Part shown: positions 27,090 through 35,352 of the stretch, piece by piece
Layout: each line of letters starts with the position of its first letter
How positions within the stretch are numbered: position 1 is the first letter of the stretch
Assembly (NCBI GenBank): GCA_021803575.1
Contig: JAJZLH010000010.1
Coordinates: 11,055-75,054 of the forward strand
Reading direction: 5' to 3'
DNA from: Bacillota bacterium
GTDB taxonomy: Bacteria; Bacillota; Sulfobacillia; JAJZYS01; JAJZLH01
DNA length: 64,000 nt
The notes under the pieces: model-generated
Seen by the model: the letters and a program-made list of their open reading frames with translations, nothing else
What the model was told of the DNA's origin: nothing
Databases searched by the model: none
Translations under genes and position numbers: made by a program

Positions 27090-27306
27090 GCAACCGATGA
27101 CCGAGACAGGCCACCCAGGCGACGCCATCACAGCGACCCGCAGCTGGTGCAAGGCGGGACGGCGACTGAGGCGGCATCCCTCGGGAGGGCCCAGGCGAAG
27201 CCAGTAGCCGGGCCGGATCCCCCCGTTAGCGGGTTCGAGTGGGGGCAACCCCAACGAAGGTGGTACCGCGGTCCGTCCGCCCTTTGGCGCACGGGCCTTT
27301 TTGTTT
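27090..27306 (+). promoter_or_regulatory. T-box riboswitch leader (presumed Ile-responsive) controlling ileS, ending in an intrinsic terminator
   Basis: F-box CCGTTA at 27223-27228. T-box consensus AAGGTGGTACCGCGG at 27257-27271 (compare AGGGUGGNACCGCG). Its 3' end overlaps the 5' strand of the terminator GGTCCGTCCGCC-CTTT-GGCGCACGGGCC + TTTTTGTTT (27270-27306). An AGTA box lies at 27203-27206; candidate Ile specifier AUC-A at 27127-27130. Sits 22 nt upstream of the ileS ATG in a 420-nt intergenic region. Confidence 0.65.
27270..27306 (+). terminator. intrinsic terminator of the ileS T-box leader (12-bp stem, 1 mismatch, 4-nt loop, U-tract)
   Basis: GGTCCGTCCGCC / CTTT / GGCGCACGGGCC followed by TTTTTGTTT. 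Confidence 0.6.
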
Positions 27307-27327
27307 GGCAAGGGGAGGGGATATCGC

Positions 27328-30063
27328 ATGGCCGAGGCGTTGAAGACGACCTTGAACCTTCCCCGCACCGAGTTCCCGATGCGGGCGGACCTGGCGCGGT
27401 CCGAACCGGAGCAGGTGGCACGCTGGCGGGCCATGGACCTGGCGGCGCTGGTGCACCAGGCCAGAGCCGGCCGCCCGGCGTTTGTCCTGCACGATGGCCC
27501 GCCCTATGCCAACGGGCACATCCATCTTGGCACGCTGCTCAACAAGACGCTGAAGGACATGATCAATAAGTACTGGACCATGCAGGGCAAGGACGCCCGC
27601 TACGTGCCGGGATGGGACACGCACGGCCTGCCCATCGAGCGGGCGGTGCAGCTGCGCGACGGGAACCAGATCCGGCTTGACCCGCTGAGGCTGCGCCAGG
27701 CCTGCCGTGCCTATGCCGAGGACTACATCGCCATCATGAGCGAGGAGTTCGAGCGGCTGGGGGTGAGGGCCGACTGGGCGCATCCCTACGTCACTCTGGC
27801 GCCGGCCTTCGAGGCGGCCGAGGTGCGGGTCTTCGCCCGCATGTACGAACTGGGCCTGATCAATAAGGATTTCAAGTCCGTGAACTGGTGCCCGGAGTGC
27901 GAGACTGCCCTGGCTGAGGCCGAGATCGAGTACGCGGAGATCACGTCGCCGTCCCTCTACGTGGCCTTTCCGGTCAGGGCGGCGGTGGGCCCCCTCCAGC
28001 CGGGCGACCGTCTCCTGGCCTGGACCACCACCGCCTGGACCTTGCCGGCCAACCGCGCGCTGGCCGTCCACCCCGAGATCCGCTACGTGCGGGCGAGCGG
28101 GCCCGAGGGCGCTCTGGTGCTGGGCAAAAGCGCCTACCAGCGCCTGGCCGCCGCCCTGGCTCTGCCGCCGGTGGTCGAAGAGTTTTCTGGCCAGGCGATG
28201 GTCGGCGCCTCGGTCGAGCACCCGCTGGAGGAACGCCTGGTGCCGGTGCTGGCCGGCGGCCACGTCACCGACTCAGAGGGCACCGGGATCGTCCACACCG
28301 CGCCTGGACACGGCGAGGAGGACTTTGAACTGGGCCGCAGCGCCGGTCTGGAGGTGGCCGTGCCGATCGACGCCAAGGGCATCTTCACCGCCGAGGCTGG
28401 TGCGCTGGCCGGGCTGGGCTACAAGGCTGCCTATGAGCCGATCGTGGCCGCCCTGAAGGGGCGGGGACGGCTGGTCGGCGAGCATCCCTACCGGCACAGC
28501 TACCCGCACTGCTGGCGCTGCCATGGCCCGATCCTGTTCCGGGCCACCGAGCAGTGGTTCTGCTCGATCTCCAAGATCCGCCCCCAGCTGCTTGAGGCGA
28601 TCGCCGAGGTGGCCTGGAGTCCGGCCTGGGGAGAGGAGCGCATGCGCCAGATGACCGCCGAGCGGGGCGAGTGGTGCATCTCGCGCCAGCGGGCCTGGGG
28701 CCTGCCCATCCCGGCGCTGTACTGCCAGGGCTGCGGTCGGATCGTGGTCAGCGAGGCGGCTGAGACGGTGGCCCGGGTGTTCTCCCAGGAGGGGTCCGAC
28801 GCCTGGCTGGTGAGGCCGGCCGAGGACTTCCTGCCCCAGGGCTTCACCTGCCCGGACTGTGGCGGCAGGGCCTTTCGCAAGGAGACCGACATCCTGGATG
28901 TCTGGTTCGACTCCGGGTCCTCCCACGTCTCGGTCCTGGCCGGAGAAGGTGGGCTGGGCTGGCCGGCCGACCTCTACCTGGAAGGCACCGACCAGTTCCG
29001 GGGCTGGTTCAACTCCTCCCTGACCACTGCCGTGGCCATCCGCGGCCGGGCCCCCTACCGCCAGGTCCTGTCCCATGGCTTCATCACCGACCAGCTCGGT
29101 GACAAGATGTCGAAGAGCCGCGGCAACGTCGTCACCCCAGCCGACCTGATCGGCACGTACGGTGCCGACATCCTGCGCCTGTGGGTCGCCTCCAGCGACT
29201 TTCGGGCCGACATCTCGGTTTCAGATACCATCCTGGCCCAGACGGCTGAGGCGTACCGGAAGCTGCGCAACACCCTGCGCTTCCTGCTCGGCAACCTGGG
29301 CCGCGCCTCGACGCCGCTGCCCGAGCCCGCCGCCCTGCCTGAGCTGGAGCGGCTGATCCTGTCCCGCCTGGACGCCCTGATCGGGCGCGTCGACCAGGCC
29401 TACCGGCGCTTTGACTTCCACGTGGTCAGCCAGCAGCTCAGCCGCTTCGTCTCGGTCGATCTGTCCAGCTTCTACCTGGACGCCAGAAAGGATCTGCTCT
29501 ACACCGCCCTGCCGGAGGACCCTGAGCGCCAGGCGGCGGTGTCGGTCCTGGAGCAGCTGGCCCGCACCCTCACCCTCCTGGTGGCGCCGATCCTCACCTT
29601 CACCAGCGAGGAGGTCTGGCGGTACCTGCCGCACCGGGCGGGTGATGCCGAGACCGTGCAGCTGGCCGACTTTCCGAAGGCCGGGCGCTTCCGGGACGAG
29701 GCCCTGGAGCGCCACTACCAGGAGCTGGAGCGGGTGCGCCAGGAGGTGCTCCGCGAGCTGGAGATGGCACGGGTGGCCGGTCGCATCCACGGCTCTTTGG
29801 ACGCCAGGGTGCGGCTCAGAGCCAGCGGCCCAGACCTGACGCGGCTCACCCGCTCGGAGGCACTCCTGCCCACACTCTTCGTCGTGTCTCAGGTCGAACT
29901 GGTGTCGGGTGCTGATGAGCTCAAGGTCGAGGTGGAGGCGGCTCCAGGTGAGCGGTGCGAGCGCTGCTGGCGGGTGCTGCCCGAGGTGCGGCCCCATGCC
30001 CTGGGCCTTATCTGCGAGCGTTGCGCGGGGGTTTTGGCCCGTCTGGCCGAGCGAGCAGAATGA
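27328..30063 (+). CDS. ileS: isoleucyl-tRNA synthetase (type 1, C-terminal zinc finger)
   Basis: ATG at M10 of ORF preceded by GGGGAGGGG. HIGH-type 'PYANGHIHLGT', 'KMSKSRGN', C-terminal 'CERCWRV...CERCAGVL'. Confidence 0.95.
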   Translation: MAEALKTTLNLPRTEFPMRADLARSEPEQVARWRAMDLAALVHQARAGRPAFVLHDGPPYANGHIHLGTLLNKTLKDMINKYWTMQGKDARYVPGWDTHGLPIERAVQLRDGNQIRLDPLRLRQACRAYAEDYIAIMSEEFERLGVRADWAHPYVTLAPAFEAAEVRVFARMYELGLINKDFKSVNWCPECETALAEAEIEYAEITSPSLYVAFPVRAAVGPLQPGDRLLAWTTTAWTLPANRALAVHPEIRYVRASGPEGALVLGKSAYQRLAAALALPPVVEEFSGQAMVGASVEHPLEERLVPVLAGGHVTDSEGTGIVHTAPGHGEEDFELGRSAGLEVAVPIDAKGIFTAEAGALAGLGYKAAYEPIVAALKGRGRLVGEHPYRHSYPHCWRCHGPILFRATEQWFCSISKIRPQLLEAIAEVAWSPAWGEERMRQMTAERGEWCISRQRAWGLPIPALYCQGCGRIVVSEAAETVARVFSQEGSDAWLVRPAEDFLPQGFTCPDCGGRAFRKETDILDVWFDSGSSHVSVLAGEGGLGWPADLYLEGTDQFRGWFNSSLTTAVAIRGRAPYRQVLSHGFITDQLGDKMSKSRGNVVTPADLIGTYGADILRLWVASSDFRADISVSDTILAQTAEAYRKLRNTLRFLLGNLGRASTPLPEPAALPELERLILSRLDALIGRVDQAYRRFDFHVVSQQLSRFVSVDLSSFYLDARKDLLYTALPEDPERQAAVSVLEQLARTLTLLVAPILTFTSEEVWRYLPHRAGDAETVQLADFPKAGRFRDEALERHYQELERVRQEVLRELEMARVAGRIHGSLDARVRLRASGPDLTRLTRSEALLPTLFVVSQVELVSGADELKVEVEAAPGERCERCWRVLPEVRPHALGLICERCAGVLARLAERAE

Positions 30064-30545
30064 AGTCCGGATCGCACCTCTGGCGGCGCTCACTGAGCTG
30101 GCTCCTGCCAGCGGCGGTGGTGCTGGCGATCGATCAGGTGACCAAGGCCTGGGTGGCCAGCCACCTGGCCATCGGCTCCAGAACCTGGCTGGTGGGTCAC
30201 CTGGTATCACTGACGCCGCTCTACAACAGCGGCGCCGCCTTCAGCCTCCTGCCGCATCAGGCCTACTGGCTTGGTGTGATCGGCGTGGCGGCGGCGGTGG
30301 TGGTGGCAGTGGTGGCTGCCCTGACCCGCCAGCTCTGGCTGGGTGTCACGCTCGGCGTGCTGTTGGGCGGCATCATCGGCAACCTGATCAGCCGCTTCCG
30401 GGGCCAGGCCGTGCTCGACTTCATCAAGCTGCCGCACTGGCCCGCCTTCAACGTGGCCGACATGGCGATCACCGTGGCGGCGGTGGTGCTGATTGTGGAG
30501 TCATGGGCCGGTGCCAGAGGCAAAGGTGGGGGCAGCCATCGCTGA
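30060..30545 (+). CDS. lspA: lipoprotein signal peptidase II
   Basis: ATG overlaps the ileS stop (ATGA). 'NSGAAFSLL', 'FNVADMAITV'. Confidence 0.85.
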   Translation: MKSGSHLWRRSLSWLLPAAVVLAIDQVTKAWVASHLAIGSRTWLVGHLVSLTPLYNSGAAFSLLPHQAYWLGVIGVAAAVVVAVVAALTRQLWLGVTLGVLLGGIIGNLISRFRGQAVLDFIKLPHWPAFNVADMAITVAAVVLIVESWAGARGKGGGSHR

Positions 30546-30558
30546 CGAGGGGGAGAGT

Positions 30559-31509
30559 GTGTTTCAAAGCCGCTCTGGCGGCCGCCTGGACAAGGAGTTG
30601 GCCGATCTGTCCGGCTTGGCCCGTCACCGGCTGGCTCAGTTGATCCGGGCGGGCATGGTCCAGGTGGACGGTAGGGTTGTGACCAAGCCGGCCCGCCTCC
30701 TCGCCGGCGGCGAGCAGCTGACCGTCACCTGGCCGTCAGCTCCGGCGCTGCCGGCTCCGGAGGCCATGGCGCTGACCGTGGTCTACCAGGACGCGCACCT
30801 GGTGGTGGTGGACAAGGCGGCGGGGATGGTGGTGCATCCGGCCGCCGGGCACAGTTCCCGGACGTTGGTCAACGCTCTCCTGGCCAGGCTGGGCACGTTG
30901 CCGGGAGCCGATCCCAGCCGTCCCGGCATCGTACACCGGCTGGACAAGGACACCTCGGGGCTCCTGGTGGTGGCGCGCAGCGAGGAAGCCCGTCTGGGTC
31001 TCATTCGCCAGCTCGCCGACCACACCATGAGCCGGCGCTACCTGGCCATTACCAGCCGGGCGCCGGATCCGCCGTTTGGCACGGTGGCGGCGCCGATCGG
31101 CCGCCACCCGGTCCACCGCCAGCGCATGGCGGTGACGCCGGCCGGCCGGCCGGCCGTCACCCACTACCGCACCATCGGCCAGCTCAAGGGCGGCCAGGCG
31201 GTGGTGCTGTTCCGGCTGGAGACCGGACGCACCCATCAGATCCGTGTGCATATGCAGGCCCTGGGCTGCCCATTGCTGGGGGACCGCACCTACGGCGGGC
31301 GGCCAGCCGCCCGCCAGATGCTGCACGCCTACGCCCTGGGCTTCCGTCACCCCATCTCCGGCACGGCCATGCTCTGCCTGGCCGATCTGCCCCCGGACCT
31401 ACGCCTGGCACTGGCCGATCAGGCCGAGATGGCCGACAGGGAAGCCCGCCGCGATGCCGAACGGTGGGCCGATGACGCCGATGCGACTGTGGTGGGGGGA
31501 CATCTGTGA
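30559..31509 (+). CDS. rluD: 23S rRNA pseudouridine synthase, RluA/RluD family
   Basis: GTG at V23 of ORF preceded by GAGGGGGAG. S4-like N-terminus and 'HRLDKDTSGLLVVA' catalytic Asp motif. Confidence 0.85.
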   Translation: MFQSRSGGRLDKELADLSGLARHRLAQLIRAGMVQVDGRVVTKPARLLAGGEQLTVTWPSAPALPAPEAMALTVVYQDAHLVVVDKAAGMVVHPAAGHSSRTLVNALLARLGTLPGADPSRPGIVHRLDKDTSGLLVVARSEEARLGLIRQLADHTMSRRYLAITSRAPDPPFGTVAAPIGRHPVHRQRMAVTPAGRPAVTHYRTIGQLKGGQAVVLFRLETGRTHQIRVHMQALGCPLLGDRTYGGRPAARQMLHAYALGFRHPISGTAMLCLADLPPDLRLALADQAEMADREARRDAERWADDADATVVGGHL

Positions 31510-32060
31510 TGACGGCTGAGAGCCGGGTGGTGCTCGACGCGGAGGGGATGCGGCGCACCCTGTGGCGCCTGGCCCACGAGGTGGTGGAGCGGTCCGACGA
31601 ACGCCATCCGCTGCTCCTGGTCGGTATCGAGCGCCGCGGCAGCCAGTTGGCGGGGCGCCTCGGCACCCTGATCGCCCAGGCCGATGGCGCCGTGCCTGAA
31701 GTCTGGCCCATCGACACCACGCCCTTCCGGGACGATGAGCGCCGCCAGGGTGTGGCCCAACCCCCGGCCATCTCGGCAGCGGGCCGCCAGGTGGTGATCG
31801 TCGACGACGTGCTGTTCACCGGGCGAACGGCCCGAGCCGCCATCGACGCCGTGCTGGCGGCCGGCCGGCCCGAGGTGATCCGGCTCCTGGTGCTGGTCGA
31901 CCGCGGCCACCGGGAGCTGCCGATCCGGCCAGATTTCGTGGGCAAAAATATCCCTACCGCCAAGCAGGATGAGGTGGTGGTCCACCTGGCCGAGGTGGAT
32001 GGAGTTGACGAGGTCCTGGTGGTGGGGCATAGTGTCGAAAGTGCGGCAACCAACCTTTAA
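31506..32060 (+). CDS. pyrR: bifunctional pyrimidine operon regulator / uracil phosphoribosyltransferase PyrR
   Basis: Aligns along its full length to B. subtilis PyrR ('VILDEQAIRRALTRIAHE' vs 'VVLDAEGMRRTLWRLAHE'); PRPP motif 'VVIVDDVLFTGRT'. Start overlaps the rluD stop (GTGATGA). Confidence 0.9.
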   Translation: MMTAESRVVLDAEGMRRTLWRLAHEVVERSDERHPLLLVGIERRGSQLAGRLGTLIAQADGAVPEVWPIDTTPFRDDERRQGVAQPPAISAAGRQVVIVDDVLFTGRTARAAIDAVLAAGRPEVIRLLVLVDRGHRELPIRPDFVGKNIPTAKQDEVVVHLAEVDGVDEVLVVGHSVESAATNL

Positions 32061-32138
32061 TCTGGTTCAGCGAAGCCAGGAAGGGAGGGCCACCGTGGCC
32101 AGCCCTGCCCTAGGCTCGCACCCCGGGCAGGAGGGGCA

Positions 32139-33032
32139 TTGGTGAGACATCTGGTCGGAATCCCTGAACTCAGCGCCCCAGAGTTGTCCGCAATATTGGA
32201 ACGCACGTCAGAGATCGCCAAAGGGGCGATCTTTTCGTTTCCGGGAGCGGTGGCGCTCGCCTTCTACGAGCCGTCCACCCGCACCGAGATGTCCTTCCTG
32301 CGCGCCTGCCAGCTGGTGGGCGCAGCTCCCTTGAGGCTCCTGCCGGAGCGGGCCTCGGTGCAGAAGGGCGAGGGGCCCGAGGAGACGCTGAAGACGCTCC
32401 TCGCGATCGGGGCCCAGGTGCTGGTGATCCGCACGCCGGAGCCGCTCCTGCCGCATCGGCTGAGCCATCTCGGCCTCTCCGTGGTGAACGCCGGGGACGG
32501 CGCCCACCAGCACCCGACCCAGGCCCTGGCCGACGCGGTGGCGCTGTCCCGCGCCCTCGGCGAGCTCGGCGGCCGCCGCATGCTGGTGGTGGGGGACCAC
32601 CTGCACAGCCGGGTCAGCCGCTCGACGGTGGCCCTCTCTGTGCGCCTGGGCATGACGGTGGAGCTCGCAGGGCCGCCCGATCTCCTGCCGGAGGGCTTCG
32701 CCGAGATGTTGGGCGCCACCCGCAGCCAGGATTTCGAGGCTAGCCTGGCCCAGGCCGACGTGGTGATGGCGCTCCGCATTCAGATGGAGCGCCTGGGCAG
32801 CGTTGGGGCGGGAGATCTGGCCGCCTACCGGCGCGAGTGGGGCGTGACAGCTGAGCGCTACCAGCGCCTGGGCGCCCAGCCCTGGCTGATGCACCCGGGG
32901 CCAGCCAACCTCGGCGTCGAGATCGACCCGGAGCTGGTGGATCTGCCTCGCTCCCTGATCCGCCGCCAGGTCACGGCCGGGGTTCAGGTGCGGGCGGCTG
33001 TGCTCAGCCTGATCGGGGAGGCGTTGTCCTGA
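32139..33032 (+). CDS. pyrB: aspartate carbamoyltransferase catalytic subunit
   Basis: 'STRTE', 'HPTQAL', 'LVVGD' motifs; GGAGGGG before the GTG. Confidence 0.9.
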   Translation: MVRHLVGIPELSAPELSAILERTSEIAKGAIFSFPGAVALAFYEPSTRTEMSFLRACQLVGAAPLRLLPERASVQKGEGPEETLKTLLAIGAQVLVIRTPEPLLPHRLSHLGLSVVNAGDGAHQHPTQALADAVALSRALGELGGRRMLVVGDHLHSRVSRSTVALSVRLGMTVELAGPPDLLPEGFAEMLGATRSQDFEASLAQADVVMALRIQMERLGSVGAGDLAAYRREWGVTAERYQRLGAQPWLMHPGPANLGVEIDPELVDLPRSLIRRQVTAGVQVRAAVLSLIGEALS

Positions 33033-34303
33033 TGCGGCTAGTGGTGCAGGGCGGCCGGCTGCTGGATCCCGGGCTGGCCATGGATGAGCTGGGCGACCTC
33101 CTGATCGAAGACGGCGTCATCGTCAGCGTCGGCGGCGACCAGCCGGCGGAGGGCGCCTTGGTGGTGGACGCCCGGGGCACGGCGGTGCTGCCGGGCCTGA
33201 TCGACATGCACATCCACCTCCGCCAGCCTGGGCAATCCCACAAGGAGACCTTGTCCAGCGGCCTCCTGGCCGCCGTGCGGGGGGGATTCACGGCGGTGGC
33301 CGCTATGCCCAACACCCAGCCGGTGATCGACAGCCCCGGTGCCGTTCTCGAGATCGAGCGCCAGGCCGCCCAGCTCGGCCTGGCCCACCTCCACCAGCTG
33401 GGCGCCGTCAGCCGGAAGAGCCTGGGCGAGGCGCTGGCTGACTTTGCCGGCTATCGGGCGGCGGGCGTGGTGGCCGTCAGCGACGACGGGGTGCCGGTCG
33501 CGCAGGCGGGACTGATGCGGCGCGCCCTCCAGCATGCCCAGGCCTGGGGGCTGGTGGTGGTCGCCCACTCGGAGGAGCCTTCGCTGGCGGAGGGAGGGGT
33601 CGCCGACGACGGACCGGACGCCTGGGCGCTGGGCCTGCCCACCCAGAGCGCCTCTGCAGAGGCGGCGATGGTGGCCCGGGACCTGGTGCTGGCCGAGGAG
33701 ACCGGCGGCCACCTGCACGTGGCGCACGTCTCGAGCAGGGCGACGGTGGAGCTGGTGCGGGCTGCCAAGGCCCGGGGTGTACCGGTCAGCGCCGAGGTGA
33801 CGCCGCACCACCTGCTCCTCACCTCGGCCGAGCTACCTCGCCTCGGCACCCTGGCCAAGATGAACCCGCCGCTCCGCAGCGAGCGGGACAGGCTGGCCCT
33901 GATCGAGGGGCTGGCCGATGGCACGATCGACGCCGTGGCCAGCGATCACGCCCCGCACACGCAGAGCGAGAAGGCGTCCGGCTGGCTCGCCGCCCCGTTC
34001 GGCGTAACCGGGATGGAGACCGCCCTGCCCATGCTGGTGGCGGGCCTGGTGGAGAAGGGCGCCCTGCCGCTCGGCCGGCTGATCGACGCCATGTCGGCGG
34101 CTCCAGCCCGTATTCTCGGCCTGCCGGCCCGCCAGCTGGCGGCGGGTATGGCGGCCAATCTGACTCTGGTCGACCTCCTGGCCCCCGTCAGCTTCAGTGC
34201 CGAGAGCCTAGCCACGCTCGGCAAGAACTGCCCGTTTTTGGACCGTCCGGGGCTGGGCAGGGTCCTGGGCGTGGTGGTGGAGGGGCGGTGGGTGGCATGC
34301 TGA
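33032..34303 (+). CDS. pyrC: dihydroorotase
   Basis: 'LPGLIDMHIHLRQPG' metal-binding motif; amidohydrolase fold. Confidence 0.9.
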   Translation: MRLVVQGGRLLDPGLAMDELGDLLIEDGVIVSVGGDQPAEGALVVDARGTAVLPGLIDMHIHLRQPGQSHKETLSSGLLAAVRGGFTAVAAMPNTQPVIDSPGAVLEIERQAAQLGLAHLHQLGAVSRKSLGEALADFAGYRAAGVVAVSDDGVPVAQAGLMRRALQHAQAWGLVVVAHSEEPSLAEGGVADDGPDAWALGLPTQSASAEAAMVARDLVLAEETGGHLHVAHVSSRATVELVRAAKARGVPVSAEVTPHHLLLTSAELPRLGTLAKMNPPLRSERDRLALIEGLADGTIDAVASDHAPHTQSEKASGWLAAPFGVTGMETALPMLVAGLVEKGALPLGRLIDAMSAAPARILGLPARQLAAGMAANLTLVDLLAPVSFSAESLATLGKNCPFLDRPGLGRVLGVVVEGRWVAC

Positions 34304-35352
34304 ACGGCCGGCCGGGCAGACTCCTACTGGAGGACGGCACCGCCTTTCCGGGGGTACTCCACGGTCCGGCCAAGGGCGGCGAGGTGGTCTTCACCACGGC
34401 CATGACCGGCTATCCGGAGGTGGCGACCGATCCCTCCTTTCGCGATCAGCTGGTGGTGATGAGCTTTCCCCTGATCGGCATCTACGGCCAGCGCCAGAGC
34501 GAGCACCAGTCCGGTGAGCCCCATCTTGGCGGCATGATCGTCCATGAGCTGGTGGATCGCCCAGATGGCGACAGTTCGTTCGCCGCCTATCTCCTGGCGC
34601 ACGACCGGCCCGTGCTGAGCGGCGTCGACACCAGGGCGCTGGTCCGTCACCTCCGGGCCCACGGCACCCTGCTGGGCGTACTGATGGAGATTGACCAGGA
34701 CCCGTTTCGGGCCCTGGACACCCGGCAGATGATCCTGGCCGCCGCCTGCAAGAAGGCCGCCACGGTGGCCGAGGGCGAGCGGGGCCGGGTGGTGGTGGTC
34801 GACTACGGCGTGAAGCGCCAGATCCTGGCTGAACTGGCCAGCCGCCGCATGACGGTGCGCCTGCTGCCTCCCAGCGCTACCCTCCGGGACATTCTGGCCG
34901 AGCGACCGGACCTGGTGGTGTTCTCGCCGGGTCCGGGAGACCCGGCCGACCTGCCGGACTGGGCCGAGGTGGTAGGCCAGGTGGCGGAGCGGGTGCCGGT
35001 TTTCGGCATCTGCCTGGGCCACCAGCTCCTGGCTTCGGCCTTCGGCGGGCGCACCTACAAGCTCCGCTTCGGGCACCGCGGCGCCAACCACCCGGTGCGG
35101 GAGAACGCCAGCGGCCGGGTGCGCATCACCTCCCAGAACCACGGCTACGCCGTGGACGAAGCCAGTCTGGCCAGAAGCGGACTCGAGGTCACGCATGTCA
35201 ATGCCAACGACCAGACGGTGGAGGGCATGCGCCATCGCGATCTGCCGGTGCGGTCGCTGCAGTATCATCCCGAGGCCAGCCCCGGCCCCTTTGACGAGCG
35301 GGTGGCCTTCGACCGGCTGCTCGGCGAACTGGTGGGTGGCGCCGATGCGTGA
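34297..35352 (+). CDS. carA: carbamoyl-phosphate synthase small (glutaminase) subunit
   Basis: 'GICLGHQLL' catalytic Cys; the ATG overlaps the pyrC stop. Confidence 0.9.
   Translation: MLNGRPGRLLLEDGTAFPGVLHGPAKGGEVVFTTAMTGYPEVATDPSFRDQLVVMSFPLIGIYGQRQSEHQSGEPHLGGMIVHELVDRPDGDSSFAAYLLAHDRPVLSGVDTRALVRHLRAHGTLLGVLMEIDQDPFRALDTRQMILAAACKKAATVAEGERGRVVVVDYGVKRQILAELASRRMTVRLLPPSATLRDILAERPDLVVFSPGPGDPADLPDWAEVVGQVAERVPVFGICLGHQLLASAFGGRTYKLRFGHRGANHPVRENASGRVRITSQNHGYAVDEASLARSGLEVTHVNANDQTVEGMRHRDLPVRSLQYHPEASPGPFDERVAFDRLLGELVGGADA

Noticed and set aside
27127-27130. Definitive Ile specifier codon assignment (AUC-A) in the T-box leader
   Set aside because: Stem I could not be folded reliably by eye. 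A second AUC triplet exists near 27216, so the codon placement is left open pending covariance-model alignment.
32061-32138. Possible PyrR-binding attenuator in the pyrR-pyrB spacer
   Set aside because: There is only a faint resemblance (CCAGGAAGGGAGG) to the PyrR binding loop. The spacer is too short (78 nt) for an antiterminator/terminator pair, and no U-tract hairpin is present.
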